From: a virus
Direction: 5' to 3' (one strand)
Length of the DNA stretch: 64,000 nt
Virus record (IMG/VR): IMGVR_UViG_3300047546_001659
Location: 1 to 64,000 of that record
Of the stretch, positions 42,130 through 51,753 are shown one piece after another. A program made the translations under genes and the position numbers. Below the pieces are notes generated by a model. The model worked only from the letters and a program-made list of their open reading frames with translations, made no database searches and was not told the origin of the DNA. How positions within the stretch are numbered: position 1 is the stretch's first letter; the number at the start of each line of letters is the position of its first letter.

Positions 42130-45100
42130 TCAGTTACGTATAAATCTGCCAGTAAATCTTGGTTGTGAAGCAGTTGGTGTATTATCAGTTAATTGTGAAC
42201 CTGCAGCTGCATTTTGATAAACAAACAATTCAAAATAATCACTAGCAGAAGCATAAACAATTTCTGATATTGTTACTGCAACTGAAGTACCATATGCTGG
42301 TATTTTCATACCATTTCTTAGAGCTGATCCATTTTTATAAATTGCAATACTTACAGTACCAGTATTACTATTAGTTAAACCTGAGAAAGATACATGGCCT
42401 TCTAAATGATAATAACCTGTTTGTTGTGGTGTGAATGAACTACTAGCAACCTCAGCATTTAAATCGTAATCAGTTGTATTAAATGTTACTTTAGTCCAGT
42501 TGTTATTAGCAATTGATTGTTGAGTAGTTTTTCTTAAACCGAAATTAGATCCTGTAACTACTGCTTGTGATCCTGTATATCCTATTGCACCTTGTGAACC
42601 AACATAACCTACGGATCCAACATAACCTTCAGAACCAACATACCCTGCATCACCCACTGAACCTGTGAATCCAAGTGAACCAGAATATCCTATATCACCT
42701 TGTGAGCCAACATAGCCTGAACCAATAGATCCAGTGAATCCCGCTGAACCAGTTGATCCGGTAAACCCTGTTGACCCTGTAAATCCTGCACCTGTGGAAC
42801 CAGTATATCCAAGAGAACCTGCAGGTCCTTGAGGTCCTGTCAAACCAATTGAACCTTGTGATCCTGTGTATCCGTTAGTACCTGCTGAGCCTGTATATCC
42901 GCCTGCAGGACCAGCAGAACCAGTGAATCCCATTTCACCAGGAGGTCCACCTGCGGTAATACCTAACCATACTTGTTCAGGTTCATAATAGATACTCAAT
43001 ATACCTGTATTAGAATCTAACCATAACAGCCCATCCCACTGTATAGCTGGTGTTGTATCACTAACAATAACGTTAGCTATACCTTCAGAACCAACATAAC
43101 CAACTTCACCTTGTGAACCAGTGTAACCGAGTGATCCTGTAAATCCTATACCTCTAGACCCAGTAAATCCTTTATCACCTTGTGAACCTACAAATCCTGT
43201 GTCTCCACGTGATCCTGTATAACCAATAGATCCAGTGTAACCTAAATCACCTCTAGAACCGACATAGCCTTGAGATCCATCATAACCTGCACCTGTCGAT
43301 CCTGTAAATCCTTGATCACCTTGAGAACCCGCATACCCTACATCACCTTGTGAACCAACATAACCAGCACCGGTAGAACCAGTATAACCTAAATCCCCCT
43401 GTGATCCCGTATATCCCAAATCACCTTGTGATCCAGAATATCCTAATGATCCCGAATAACCTATTTCACCCTGTGATCCTGCATAACCTACAGAACCTGT
43501 ATATCCTATTGATCCAGTATATCCAATAGAACCAGTATAACCATAACCCCCTTGTGAACCTACAGAACCAACATAACCTGCATCACCTCTATCACCAATT
43601 CTTGCTAAAGTAAGAACTGAAATGGTTGCATCTGGAATCGATGAATCACCAGATAAGAATGAAATAGGAACAGTTGAATATGTTGAGTTATCAATTGGAC
43701 TATTAATGATTGCAAATAAAGCATAATTATTTGTGTTGGTACTTGAGGTAATCTTAAAGTGACCTTTAATACCTGAAGTAGAAGCACCAATAACTAGAAG
43801 AGAATTGAATATGTAAGTTAAATCAAGTGCATTTTTATTAATATAAAGAGTATTAGCATTATTAAAAGTAGTATTGCTAAATCTTAAAGTACCTGTACCA
43901 GGATCTGCTGCTTCAGTGTTTGCACTAAAATAGAATAGATAATTATAACCAGCAAATTGACCAGGTTGGCCTTCTATACCTTGAGAACCAGTAAATCCTC
44001 TATCACCTTGAGATCCAGTGTAGCCAATAGAACCAGTATATCCTAGATCACCTTGAGAACCTACGTAGCCTTCTGAACCAACATATCCAGCACCCGTTGA
44101 ACCAGTATAGCCGAGATCACCTACTGATCCAGTAAATCCTATATCACCTTGTGGTCCAGCTGGGCCTGTATCGCCCTGTGATCCAGTAAATCCTTGATCA
44201 CCCTGAGAACCTACATAACCAGCCCCCTGAGAACCTGTATAACCTAAATCACCTTGTGAACCAACATAGCCTTCAGAACCAGTAAATCCTGTTCCCTGTG
44301 ATCCAGTATAACCTAAAACCCCTTGTATACCCTGTGATCCTGTGTATCCCAAAGAACCAGAGTAACCTAATGAACCTGAATATCCAAGAGGTCCAATATT
44401 ACCCTGTATACCTTGATCACCTTTAGAACCCGTAAAGCCCTCTGATCCTGTATATCCTATAGATCCTGTATAACCAAAGGAACCAGTATATCCCAGATCA
44501 CCATAAGATCCAGTATAACCAATATCCCCTTTAGAACCTGTATAACCAAAAGAGCCAGTATATCCTATTGATCCTGTATAGCCAATAGAACCAGTGTAAC
44601 CTAAATCACCATAAGAACCTGTATAACCAATATCACCCTTAGAACCAGTATATCCTATTGATCCTGTATAACCAATAGATCCAGTATAGCCTCTTACACC
44701 CTGATCACCTTGAGAACCAGTGAATCCTAGTGAACCAACATATCCTGTAGAACCAGTATAACCTAAAGATCCTGTGTAACCAAAAGAACCCGTATATCCT
44801 AATGAACCAGCATAACCTGTTATTCCTTGGTCACCTTTGGAACCAGTAAAGCCTGTTGAACCCAAATAACCCGCTGAGCCAGTATAACCGGTGTCACCAA
44901 TATCACCAGTACGAGCAAAAGTTAGAACAACATTAGATTCATTAGTATAGTCAGAATTGCCTGAAACAAAGCTTACTGGAACAATAAAGTAGTTGCTAAT
45001 AAATTGATGTTCACCTATAATATTAAATATAGATGATTTACCTACTTCATCCAAGCTATTGATAGAAAATTGACCTTTAATAGCTGATGTTGAGTCATCA

Positions 45101-46503
45101 ATTGTTTGTAAGAATGAGTATGTTGAATCATAGAATATATCATTCTCATTAATAAACATCTTTGTAACAGATGTATAGGTATTACTATCAAACTTATAAT
45201 GACCTGCACCCGGATCTGTATTTGATGTATTTGCACTAAATTTATAATTAAATGATGCACCACCAAAGTTACCTGTTGTACCTTGTGGACCTTGAACACC
45301 TCTAGAACCCGCGTAACCTATAATACCTTGTGAACCTACAAAACCTGAAGAGCCAGTATAACCTTGCGATCCACCATAACCAGTTGCACCACGTGAACCT
45401 TGATAACCTTCAGATCCTCTATAACCAGTTTCACCTTGGGTAGTACCAAAATATCTTACTTCAATCTCAGCACCATTTTGAGGTGCATATGCCAGTGTTA
45501 GTTCTGTTCCAGCTACTGTATAATCAACAGTAGGTGTTTCTAAAATACCATTAACAAAAACAAAGATATGATTAGGATCAGAGGTAGAATCTGATAAAGT
45601 AAATTGTGTATTGCTTCCGTTAGCAATATAACGAGATGATTTATATGGTCGACCTGCGCCTTCAGAACCAGTATAACCAATACCTATAGATCCTGTATAA
45701 CCTATAGAACCGGTATAGCCGTCTTGACCACCTGAAGGTCCTTGTGGTCCAACTGCACCCACTGAACCCTGATAACCTGTAAGACCTAACGAACCCTGAT
45801 ATCCAACTGAACCGGTATAACCTACAGAACCTTCTGATCCTTGATAACCTGGTGATCCTATTGTAATATCAAAATATCTTACCTCAATCTCAGCATTAAG
45901 AGGAGGTGCGTTATTAAAAGTAATTGTTGTTCCTGATACTGAATAATCAACATCAGGACTTTCAAGAATACCGTTTGTAAATACTAAAATATGGTTAGCA
46001 TTGGCAGTATTTTCAGCTAAAGTAAATACAGTATTGCTGCCATTTCCTGTATATCTAGATGAACTAGAAGGTTTACCTACGAGGCCTGCAGAACCTGTAT
46101 ATCCAGCACCTCTTGAACCTGTGAAACCTAAGGAACCAGCATAACCTTGTGCGCCACCTGGATCACCTGCAGGTCCTTTATCACCAACTGATCCTGAATA
46201 ACCTATAGAACCTGAATAACCAGTACTGCCTTGAGATCCTGAATAGCCAACATTACCTGCCGAACCGGTATAACCAACACCATCGTTTTCAATATATCTT
46301 ATTTCAATATCAGTAGAATTAAATGGGGTTGACGCTAAATTTATTGTGTTACTATTGACAATAACATAGTCAACATCTGGAATTTGTACAAGACCGTTGA
46401 CAATAACAAGGATGCTATTGGCTGAGTTTACTGTCTGTAAAAGTGGGTAGGAATTAGCCGTTCCGTTGGCAGATATTTGTTGACTATTAAAAACCAGAGA
46501 CAT
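42130..46503 (-). CDS. Large collagen-like fibre protein with three N-terminal beta domains and a C-terminal C1q/TNF-like head
   Basis: Hundreds of residues of G-X-Y (GYTGSxG). Three NG....P.VDY.....I....P....IE[IV]RY domains. C-terminus WTKVTFNT...FTPQQTGYYHLEGHV...IYKNG...DYFELFV is a gC1q-like pattern. Confidence 0.82.
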   Translation of the reverse strand: MSLVFNSQQISANGTANSYPLLQTVNSANSILVIVNGLVQIPDVDYVIVNSNTINLASTPFNSTDIEIRYIENDGVGYTGSAGNVGYSGSQGSTGYSGSIGYSGSVGDKGPAGDPGGAQGYAGSLGFTGSRGAGYTGSAGLVGKPSSSSRYTGNGSNTVFTLAENTANANHILVFTNGILESPDVDYSVSGTTITFNNAPPLNAEIEVRYFDITIGSPGYQGSEGSVGYTGSVGYQGSLGLTGYQGSVGAVGPQGPSGGQDGYTGSIGYTGSIGIGYTGSEGAGRPYKSSRYIANGSNTQFTLSDSTSDPNHIFVFVNGILETPTVDYTVAGTELTLAYAPQNGAEIEVRYFGTTQGETGYRGSEGYQGSRGATGYGGSQGYTGSSGFVGSQGIIGYAGSRGVQGPQGTTGNFGGASFNYKFSANTSNTDPGAGHYKFDSNTYTSVTKMFINENDIFYDSTYSFLQTIDDSTSAIKGQFSINSLDEVGKSSIFNIIGEHQFISNYFIVPVSFVSGNSDYTNESNVVLTFARTGDIGDTGYTGSAGYLGSTGFTGSKGDQGITGYAGSLGYTGSFGYTGSLGYTGSTGYVGSLGFTGSQGDQGVRGYTGSIGYTGSIGYTGSKGDIGYTGSYGDLGYTGSIGYTGSIGYTGSFGYTGSKGDIGYTGSYGDLGYTGSFGYTGSIGYTGSEGFTGSKGDQGIQGNIGPLGYSGSLGYSGSLGYTGSQGIQGVLGYTGSQGTGFTGSEGYVGSQGDLGYTGSQGAGYVGSQGDQGFTGSQGDTGPAGPQGDIGFTGSVGDLGYTGSTGAGYVGSEGYVGSQGDLGYTGSIGYTGSQGDRGFTGSQGIEGQPGQFAGYNYLFYFSANTEAADPGTGTLRFSNTTFNNANTLYINKNALDLTYIFNSLLVIGASTSGIKGHFKITSSTNTNNYALFAIINSPIDNSTYSTVPISFLSGDSSIPDATISVLTLARIGDRGDAGYVGSVGSQGGYGYTGSIGYTGSIGYTGSVGYAGSQGEIGYSGSLGYSGSQGDLGYTGSQGDLGYTGSTGAGYVGSQGDVGYAGSQGDQGFTGSTGAGYDGSQGYVGSRGDLGYTGSIGYTGSRGDTGFVGSQGDKGFTGSRGIGFTGSLGYTGSQGEVGYVGSEGIANVIVSDTTPAIQWDGLLWLDSNTGILSIYYEPEQVWLGITAGGPPGEMGFTGSAGPAGGYTGSAGTNGYTGSQGSIGLTGPQGPAGSLGYTGSTGAGFTGSTGFTGSTGSAGFTGSIGSGYVGSQGDIGYSGSLGFTGSVGDAGYVGSEGYVGSVGYVGSQGAIGYTGSQAVVTGSNFGLRKTTQQSIANNNWTKVTFNTTDYDLNAEVASSSFTPQQTGYYHLEGHVSFSGLTNSNTGTVSIAIYKNGSALRNGMKIPAYGTSVAVTISEIVYASASDYFELFVYQNAAAGSQLTDNTPTASQPRFTGRFIRN
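42560..44890. repeat. Degenerate 9/18/27-nt codon-periodic tandem repeats encoding G[YF][TVS]GS[QILKE]
   Basis: Recurring plus-strand units like GA(A/T)CC(A/T)GT(A/G)TA(A/T)CC. Similar arrays at ~15500-15830, 31820-32220, 33700-33940, 35700-35870, 37900-38800 and 39180-39560. Confidence 0.85.
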
Positions 46504-46506
46504 TTA

Positions 46507-46535
46507 TTGCCTTATTTTTTATCTAGATATATAAT
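46507..46535 (+). promoter_or_regulatory. Sigma70-like promoter for the triple glycosyltransferase
   Basis: TTGCCT (46507-12), 17-nt spacer, TATAAT (46530-35); GAGGT SD at 46569-73. Confidence 0.65.
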
Positions 46536-46550
46536 GATAGAATTCTGAGA

Positions 46551-46558
46551 TATTTATG
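46551..46558 (-). promoter_or_regulatory. Late promoter variant CATAAATA for the 1457-aa collagen fibre gene
   Basis: TATTTATG on the plus strand; same 15-nt context as the box upstream of gp13. Confidence 0.6.
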
Positions 46559-46578
46559 TTTTTATAATGAGGTATATT

Positions 46579-49353
46579 ATGAACCTTCCCAATATTGCTA
46601 TACTTGATTTGATAGGCCTGGTTTACGATGGCACAACTCTCCAAAAAAGAGGTTTGGGTGGTTCAGAATCTGCAGTTATTCTTATTTCAAAAGAACTAGC
46701 TAAACTAGGATTTCCTATTACTGTTTTTAATGCTTGTGATGTGGATGATGCAAAATCAGGAATTTATGATGGTGTAATTTATAGACCCATCTCAAGTTTA
46801 AATTCTAATGATAAATTTGATATTGTAATATCATCTAGAACGGTTGTTCCTTTTGTTCCTGATCATTATTATGATGCATTTGCAACAGCAACAAGACATC
46901 ATCCAAGCCTTTTTAAAACAATCAGAGATAATGCAGAACTTAAGATTATGTGGATGCATGATACTTTTGCATCAGGTGATCTTAATTTAGAAGATCTATT
47001 AGTAAATGGATTTATTGATAAAATCTTTACATTATCAGATTTTCATACTGCTTATGTTACTAATTGCAATCATGGCCGCCGACGCAATTTTGAAGTGTTA
47101 AAGAATAAAGTATTTCAAACAAGAAATGCTATTGTTAATTATATTGATGAGGTTGATATTGGTGCAAAAGATAGAAATCTTTTTGTTTACAATGCTTCCG
47201 TTACAAAAGGCATGTTGCCTCTTATTGATGGTATATGGCCTCAAGTAAAAAGATATATCCCTGATGCTAAATTAAAAATAGTTGGAGGATATTATAAATT
47301 TAGAGACGATTCACCTTTAGATGCTCAAGGTGAAACTCTTATGAAGCTTGTAAAAGAACAAAAGTATAAAGACCTTGATATTGAATTTACTGGTATTATT
47401 ACACAAAAAGAAATAGCTGAATTACTTGCTAAAGCCAATATGTTTCTTTTCCCTGGTGCCTTTCCAGAAACATTCGGCATATCAACATTAGAATCTTTAA
47501 CATATAATACTCCTCTTGTGGCTACCCGTTTTGGGGCCTTAGAAGAGACAGCTATTGATTTGGCTTCTTACTTTATTGATTATGCAATTGAACCTAATAG
47601 CCTGTTTACAGAAATAAACACCCAAGATCAAATTAATAAATTTGTTGAGAAAGTGTTTAGAGCTTATAATGATCCTTATCTTCATCAACAAAAACAATAT
47701 TACTGTAATGTAATTAAAGATATCAATACTTGGGATACTGTTGCCTTACAATGGAAACAATTCTTCCTAAAACAATTTGATATACCTTTACCTGTTAATG
47801 AATATCGTAAGGTTACTTACATTAATGATAAGGTTCATCGTGTCTATGGTAGAAGGTTTGCTAATAAAGAAGAAGGCCATAATTATAAGTTAGGACATGA
47901 ACAACCAGTAAGTATTATTACACCTTTTTATAATGCAGAAAAATATATTGCTAATTGTATTAATTCTGTAGCCTCTCAAGACTATAACAACTATATGATG
48001 TACCTGATTAATGATTGTAGTACAGATAATTCATTAAATATAGCCAAAGAGTGCATTGATAGTTTTCCTAAAGATATTCAGGGTAAATTTGTTATTATTA
48101 ATAATAAAGCTAATAGGGGAGCAGTTTATAATCAAATTAGAACCTTAAAAACATTTCCTATTGATGATGATAGTCTTGTTATGTTTTTAGATGGTGATGA
48201 TTGGTTAAGAGCAGATAATAATATATTTAATTTTTACAATAATCTTTTTGCTAATGATAAAACCGATTATGCTTATGGTAGTTGTTGGTCTTTAGCAGAT
48301 AATATTCCTTTGATTGCTCAACCCTATCCTAAAGAAATTAAAAAGAACAAATCATATAGAGAACACAAATTTAATTGGGGAATGCCTTATCCTCATCTTA
48401 GAGTCTTTAGAAAAAAATTGATCAATAATATTGATGAAGAAGTTTTTAAAGATGAGGTTGGTAATTGGTTTAAAGCAGGTGGAGATAATGCAACTTTTTA
48501 TAATATAATTGAACAAGCTGATCCTAATAAGATTGTAGCTGTTCAAGAAATATTTTATAATTATAATGATACAAATCCTATTAATGATTATAAGGTACAC
48601 GGTGAATTACAAAACCAAAATGCTGCAAAAATAACGAGTAATTCCAAACCGATCGAGGCCCCTGAAGTTATAGAAAATTTTAAAGAATCTAAAGATATTA
48701 TTAATCAAGTAGCCAAAGAAATAAACAACAAGACAAAGGTAATCAATTCATATATGAAGAAGAAAATTTTAATTGCTATACCTACTGCAAGAAATATAGA
48801 GGCTCAAACTTTTAAATCAATTTACGATTTAATTATCCCAGATGGATATGAAGCCAATTTTCAATATTTTTATGGATATCAAGTAGATCAAGTACGCAAT
48901 CTTATAGCTGACTGGGTTGTCAAAGGCTATGATTATCTCTTTGCTGTTGATTCTGATATTGCTTTTGCACCTGATACATTACTCAAACTTCTATTACATG
49001 ACAAAGATATTGTTTCCGGTATCTATAGACAACGTGTTCCCGAAAGACAAACTTTGGAAATCTTTGAGTCTAATGATAAGGGTGGCTATACTCACATTGA
49101 TTGGGAAAAGATTAAGGGTAAGGGAGTTGTTGAGATAGGTGCTTGTGGATTTGGATGCGTTCTTATTAAAAAGAATGTTTTAGCAGATATTGGATATCCA
49201 CAATTTGCATATAAATCAGCTCTTGATCATAACCATACTTTCTCAGAAGATTTATATTTTGCTAAAATGGCTTCTGAAAAAGGTTATAGATTCTATGCTG
49301 ACACTTCTATCGTCTGTGATCACATAGGATCATACGTATTCAAAGTATCTTAA
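46579..49353 (+). CDS. Three-domain glycosyltransferase (GT4-like GT-B + GT2 GT-A + second GT-A)
   Basis: GT4-like: GLGGSESAV, WMHD, FPETFGISTLES. GT2: SIITPFYNAEKYI, INDCSTD, FLDGDD. Third domain: ILIAIPT, RNLIA, AVDSDI, GFGCVLI, SEDLYF. The SD favours ATG 46579 over 46567. Confidence 0.9.
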   Translation: MNLPNIAILDLIGLVYDGTTLQKRGLGGSESAVILISKELAKLGFPITVFNACDVDDAKSGIYDGVIYRPISSLNSNDKFDIVISSRTVVPFVPDHYYDAFATATRHHPSLFKTIRDNAELKIMWMHDTFASGDLNLEDLLVNGFIDKIFTLSDFHTAYVTNCNHGRRRNFEVLKNKVFQTRNAIVNYIDEVDIGAKDRNLFVYNASVTKGMLPLIDGIWPQVKRYIPDAKLKIVGGYYKFRDDSPLDAQGETLMKLVKEQKYKDLDIEFTGIITQKEIAELLAKANMFLFPGAFPETFGISTLESLTYNTPLVATRFGALEETAIDLASYFIDYAIEPNSLFTEINTQDQINKFVEKVFRAYNDPYLHQQKQYYCNVIKDINTWDTVALQWKQFFLKQFDIPLPVNEYRKVTYINDKVHRVYGRRFANKEEGHNYKLGHEQPVSIITPFYNAEKYIANCINSVASQDYNNYMMYLINDCSTDNSLNIAKECIDSFPKDIQGKFVIINNKANRGAVYNQIRTLKTFPIDDDSLVMFLDGDDWLRADNNIFNFYNNLFANDKTDYAYGSCWSLADNIPLIAQPYPKEIKKNKSYREHKFNWGMPYPHLRVFRKKLINNIDEEVFKDEVGNWFKAGGDNATFYNIIEQADPNKIVAVQEIFYNYNDTNPINDYKVHGELQNQNAAKITSNSKPIEAPEVIENFKESKDIINQVAKEINNKTKVINSYMKKKILIAIPTARNIEAQTFKSIYDLIIPDGYEANFQYFYGYQVDQVRNLIADWVVKGYDYLFAVDSDIAFAPDTLLKLLLHDKDIVSGIYRQRVPERQTLEIFESNDKGGYTHIDWEKIKGKGVVEIGACGFGCVLIKKNVLADIGYPQFAYKSALDHNHTFSEDLYFAKMASEKGYRFYADTSIVCDHIGSYVFKVS

Positions 49354-49553
49354 AAATAATTTACAGGCGGTGCTTGGTTAGGAACTGTAGGTGTAGTTCC
49401 TAACACATCTGAAGCTTTTTGCTTTAATATAGAAAGTGGTTCTACAGTCTCACCAATTTTTTTAACTATTACTTTAGTTTCCATTGGTGCAGTTCTTGCA
49501 ACTGTAACTAATACATTACCATATTTTTGTATTACAATCCTTGAGTCACGCAT
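49350..49553 (-). CDS. Hypothetical small protein
   Basis: 67 aa, coupled to the upstream gene (TGATG); its stop shares TTAA with the convergent GT stop. Confidence 0.5.
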   Translation of the reverse strand: MRDSRIVIQKYGNVLVTVARTAPMETKVIVKKIGETVEPLSILKQKASDVLGTTPTVPNQAPPVNYF

Positions 49554-49879
49554 CAGCGAGTAACCTCGGGATTTACTGTTACAATACCTTCAAGAATTCT
49601 TGATGAGACATTGTTTGAATGTAATTGAAGATCATATACATAACGGCTATTTGTAAGATTAGCCGTTGATGCAGCATTCATAGACAAGGTTACTAAACCT
49701 GATGTGTTTCCCAAAGCAACATTAATTGTATAATATGTTGATGATGTATAGGTTTTTCTTATCTGTGCATTTGCAGTATAACCTGATATATCAAAGGCAT
49801 CACCATTTGAATCAATCAAATAAATGTTATGAATAAAATCAGCACCTTGATCTATTACTAGATTAGTCTTTATTGCCAT
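49553..49879 (-). CDS. Small beta-sandwich virion structural protein
   Basis: NLVIDQGADF...DISGYTANAQIRKTY...RYVYDL...RILEGIVTVNPEVT; a type I recall next to fibre genes in T4-like cyanophages. Confidence 0.7.
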   Translation of the reverse strand: MAIKTNLVIDQGADFIHNIYLIDSNGDAFDISGYTANAQIRKTYTSSTYYTINVALGNTSGLVTLSMNAASTANLTNSRYVYDLQLHSNNVSSRILEGIVTVNPEVTR

Positions 49880-51521
49880 TTTTTAAACTATCTATTTCAG
49901 CCTTAAGTTCCTTAATGGCTTCAATTAAAAGAGGCACCAATTTATCATACTGAACTGTTAGATATTTTTCATCAACAGGTGCAGGGAATACAGCTTCTGG
50001 TAATACTGCTTGAACTTTTTGTGCCGAAAGACCAACTTGAATCTTCTCATCATCATATCCAAGTTCTTTAGCAGTATCATTACCTTTATAATAGAATCCA
50101 TCTAGGCTTTGTACTTTTTCAAGAGCATTCTCAATAGGTCCTATTACATCTTTGAGTCTCTCGTCGGAGTAATAGGCAATAACGTTACCTTTGGCTCTTA
50201 TTTCACCTTTGTTATTTTGTCCCGGTGCATTTACTCCAACACCTAAACTTCTAGCTTCAACATCTACATCATCAGGATTAGAACCATGGTTATCGTCAAA
50301 TCCTAATATGCCATTATCTTCATCAACAACAACCAATACTTGTTTTATTTTACCTTTTTTATCAGGTAATATTAAATCAAAATTTACATTTGTAGGGGGT
50401 GCTAATAATCTTACATAACCTGAACCAGCAGCACTTTCTAATCTTATAGCACCTTCAACATGCAAAGCATCAAGTGGTGTGGTAATACCACCAACGCCAA
50501 GTGCATTTGCAAAATAAGCTTTTGTAGTATTAGCAGATAGTATTATAGTGTTACCAGTTGAGGTTCTTGTACCAGGTGTTGCATTTGGAAATACTGTGGC
50601 AGTTAAAGTTCCTAAATTCAAATTTATTACTTCAGCAACTGTATTTGTAAAAACAGAATGTCCAATAGTATTTTGAAAAATATTTCTTGCAAAATTAGAT
50701 CCACCACCAGCACCATTATACATAAATGTTATATTTGAGGCTATGGTATTACTATAATATCCGTGTGAGAAATGTCTACCTGCTCCAACGATATCCACAT
50801 CACCAGCTGAGCCAATACCATTAATGAAATAATTATTAGATCCTGCAAATAAAACATTGGCTGTGAAGAGTGAATTACTTCCTGAAATTGAAAGGTTTGA
50901 GGTCTTTACTGTACCAACCTTTAGTTCATAAGCATTAAAATAAGAATTAGTATCACCGGCCGGTAAATTATCATTGTAAGAAATATATACACCGGTTCTG
51001 GTAATTATTGTGTTTCCGTCTGCAGCACCAACAACAAGATTGGCTGCAAAATTAGCACTTACAATATTAGCCTGATTAAATGCTACACTATTTTTATATA
51101 AGAAATTATTACCTACAAACAATTGATCAGTAAAATATGCGGAATTGGTACTAACATTACCTGTTCTGATTACAGTATTACCCATTGAAATAAGGGTTTT
51201 AGTATAAGCTGTTGATCCATCAATCAACATACCAGATGAAGTAATGATTGCGTTTGATGTAGGACCAGAATTGAATATTAATTGATTTGAATTTGCAATA
51301 GCATTAGCTGTACTATTTGTACTTAAAAATAATGATCCAGCATTAGAAACAAAATAACTGTTGGCATAAAAGGTACCAGTAATAGCAGCATTACCAGGAG
51401 CTGTATTAGAATTGGTAGAAACAACGTATTGTGCTAAGGCATTAATAACCAAATTGGTTTTTGTTAACCACTGGCCAAATGAATCAGTTGATTGAGTAAT
51501 AATTCCTACATTGATTGTCAT
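49863..51521 (-). CDS. Tail fibre with C-terminal intramolecular chaperone (peptidase S74)
   Basis: YYSDERLK Ser-Lys dyad, VGLSAQKVQAVLPEAV, YDKLVPLLIEAIKELKAEI; N-terminal TDSFGQWLTKTN anchor. Confidence 0.88.
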   Translation of the reverse strand: MTINVGIITQSTDSFGQWLTKTNLVINALAQYVVSTNSNTAPGNAAITGTFYANSYFVSNAGSLFLSTNSTANAIANSNQLIFNSGPTSNAIITSSGMLIDGSTAYTKTLISMGNTVIRTGNVSTNSAYFTDQLFVGNNFLYKNSVAFNQANIVSANFAANLVVGAADGNTIITRTGVYISYNDNLPAGDTNSYFNAYELKVGTVKTSNLSISGSNSLFTANVLFAGSNNYFINGIGSAGDVDIVGAGRHFSHGYYSNTIASNITFMYNGAGGGSNFARNIFQNTIGHSVFTNTVAEVINLNLGTLTATVFPNATPGTRTSTGNTIILSANTTKAYFANALGVGGITTPLDALHVEGAIRLESAAGSGYVRLLAPPTNVNFDLILPDKKGKIKQVLVVVDEDNGILGFDDNHGSNPDDVDVEARSLGVGVNAPGQNNKGEIRAKGNVIAYYSDERLKDVIGPIENALEKVQSLDGFYYKGNDTAKELGYDDEKIQVGLSAQKVQAVLPEAVFPAPVDEKYLTVQYDKLVPLLIEAIKELKAEIDSLKNGNKD

Positions 51522-51751
51522 TTATTTTCTAATGCCTTTGTTAGAAGATCTTTGATTGAAGAAATATCATTTTTTATAGAATCTATTTCTTCCTTAAGAT
51601 TATTTATTTCATTTATTTTACTTGCTTCTAACATTCTTTTTTGTCTTGCTTCTTTGTAAGCTAATAATCCATCTATATCACGGTTTACAAAGGCACCTGG
51701 ATTACCTCTTTGCTGTACAAATTCATCATCTAATACTTTTCTTTTATCCAT
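51518..51751 (-). CDS. Small coiled-coil baseplate-region protein
   Basis: 77 aa, EINNLKEEIDSIKNDISSIKDLL heptads; follows the DUF4815-like genes. Confidence 0.65.
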   Translation of the reverse strand: MDKRKVLDDEFVQQRGNPGAFVNRDIDGLLAYKEARQKRMLEASKINEINNLKEEIDSIKNDISSIKDLLTKALENK

Positions 51752-51753
51752 AA

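Noticed and set aside
42560-44890. Periodic DNA repeats that could be taken for a CRISPR array or satellite
   Set aside because: The period is a multiple of 3, variation falls at wobble positions, there are no unique spacers, and the repeats lie within a long ORF encoding G-X-Y repeats.
46579-49353. Glycosyltransferases as T4-style DNA glucosyltransferases or Gtr-type O-antigen conversion genes
   Set aside because: No hydroxymethylase or other DNA-modification neighbours and no GtrA/GtrB or membrane-spanning partner; the context is purely fibre genes. Not fully excluded without the rest of the genome.
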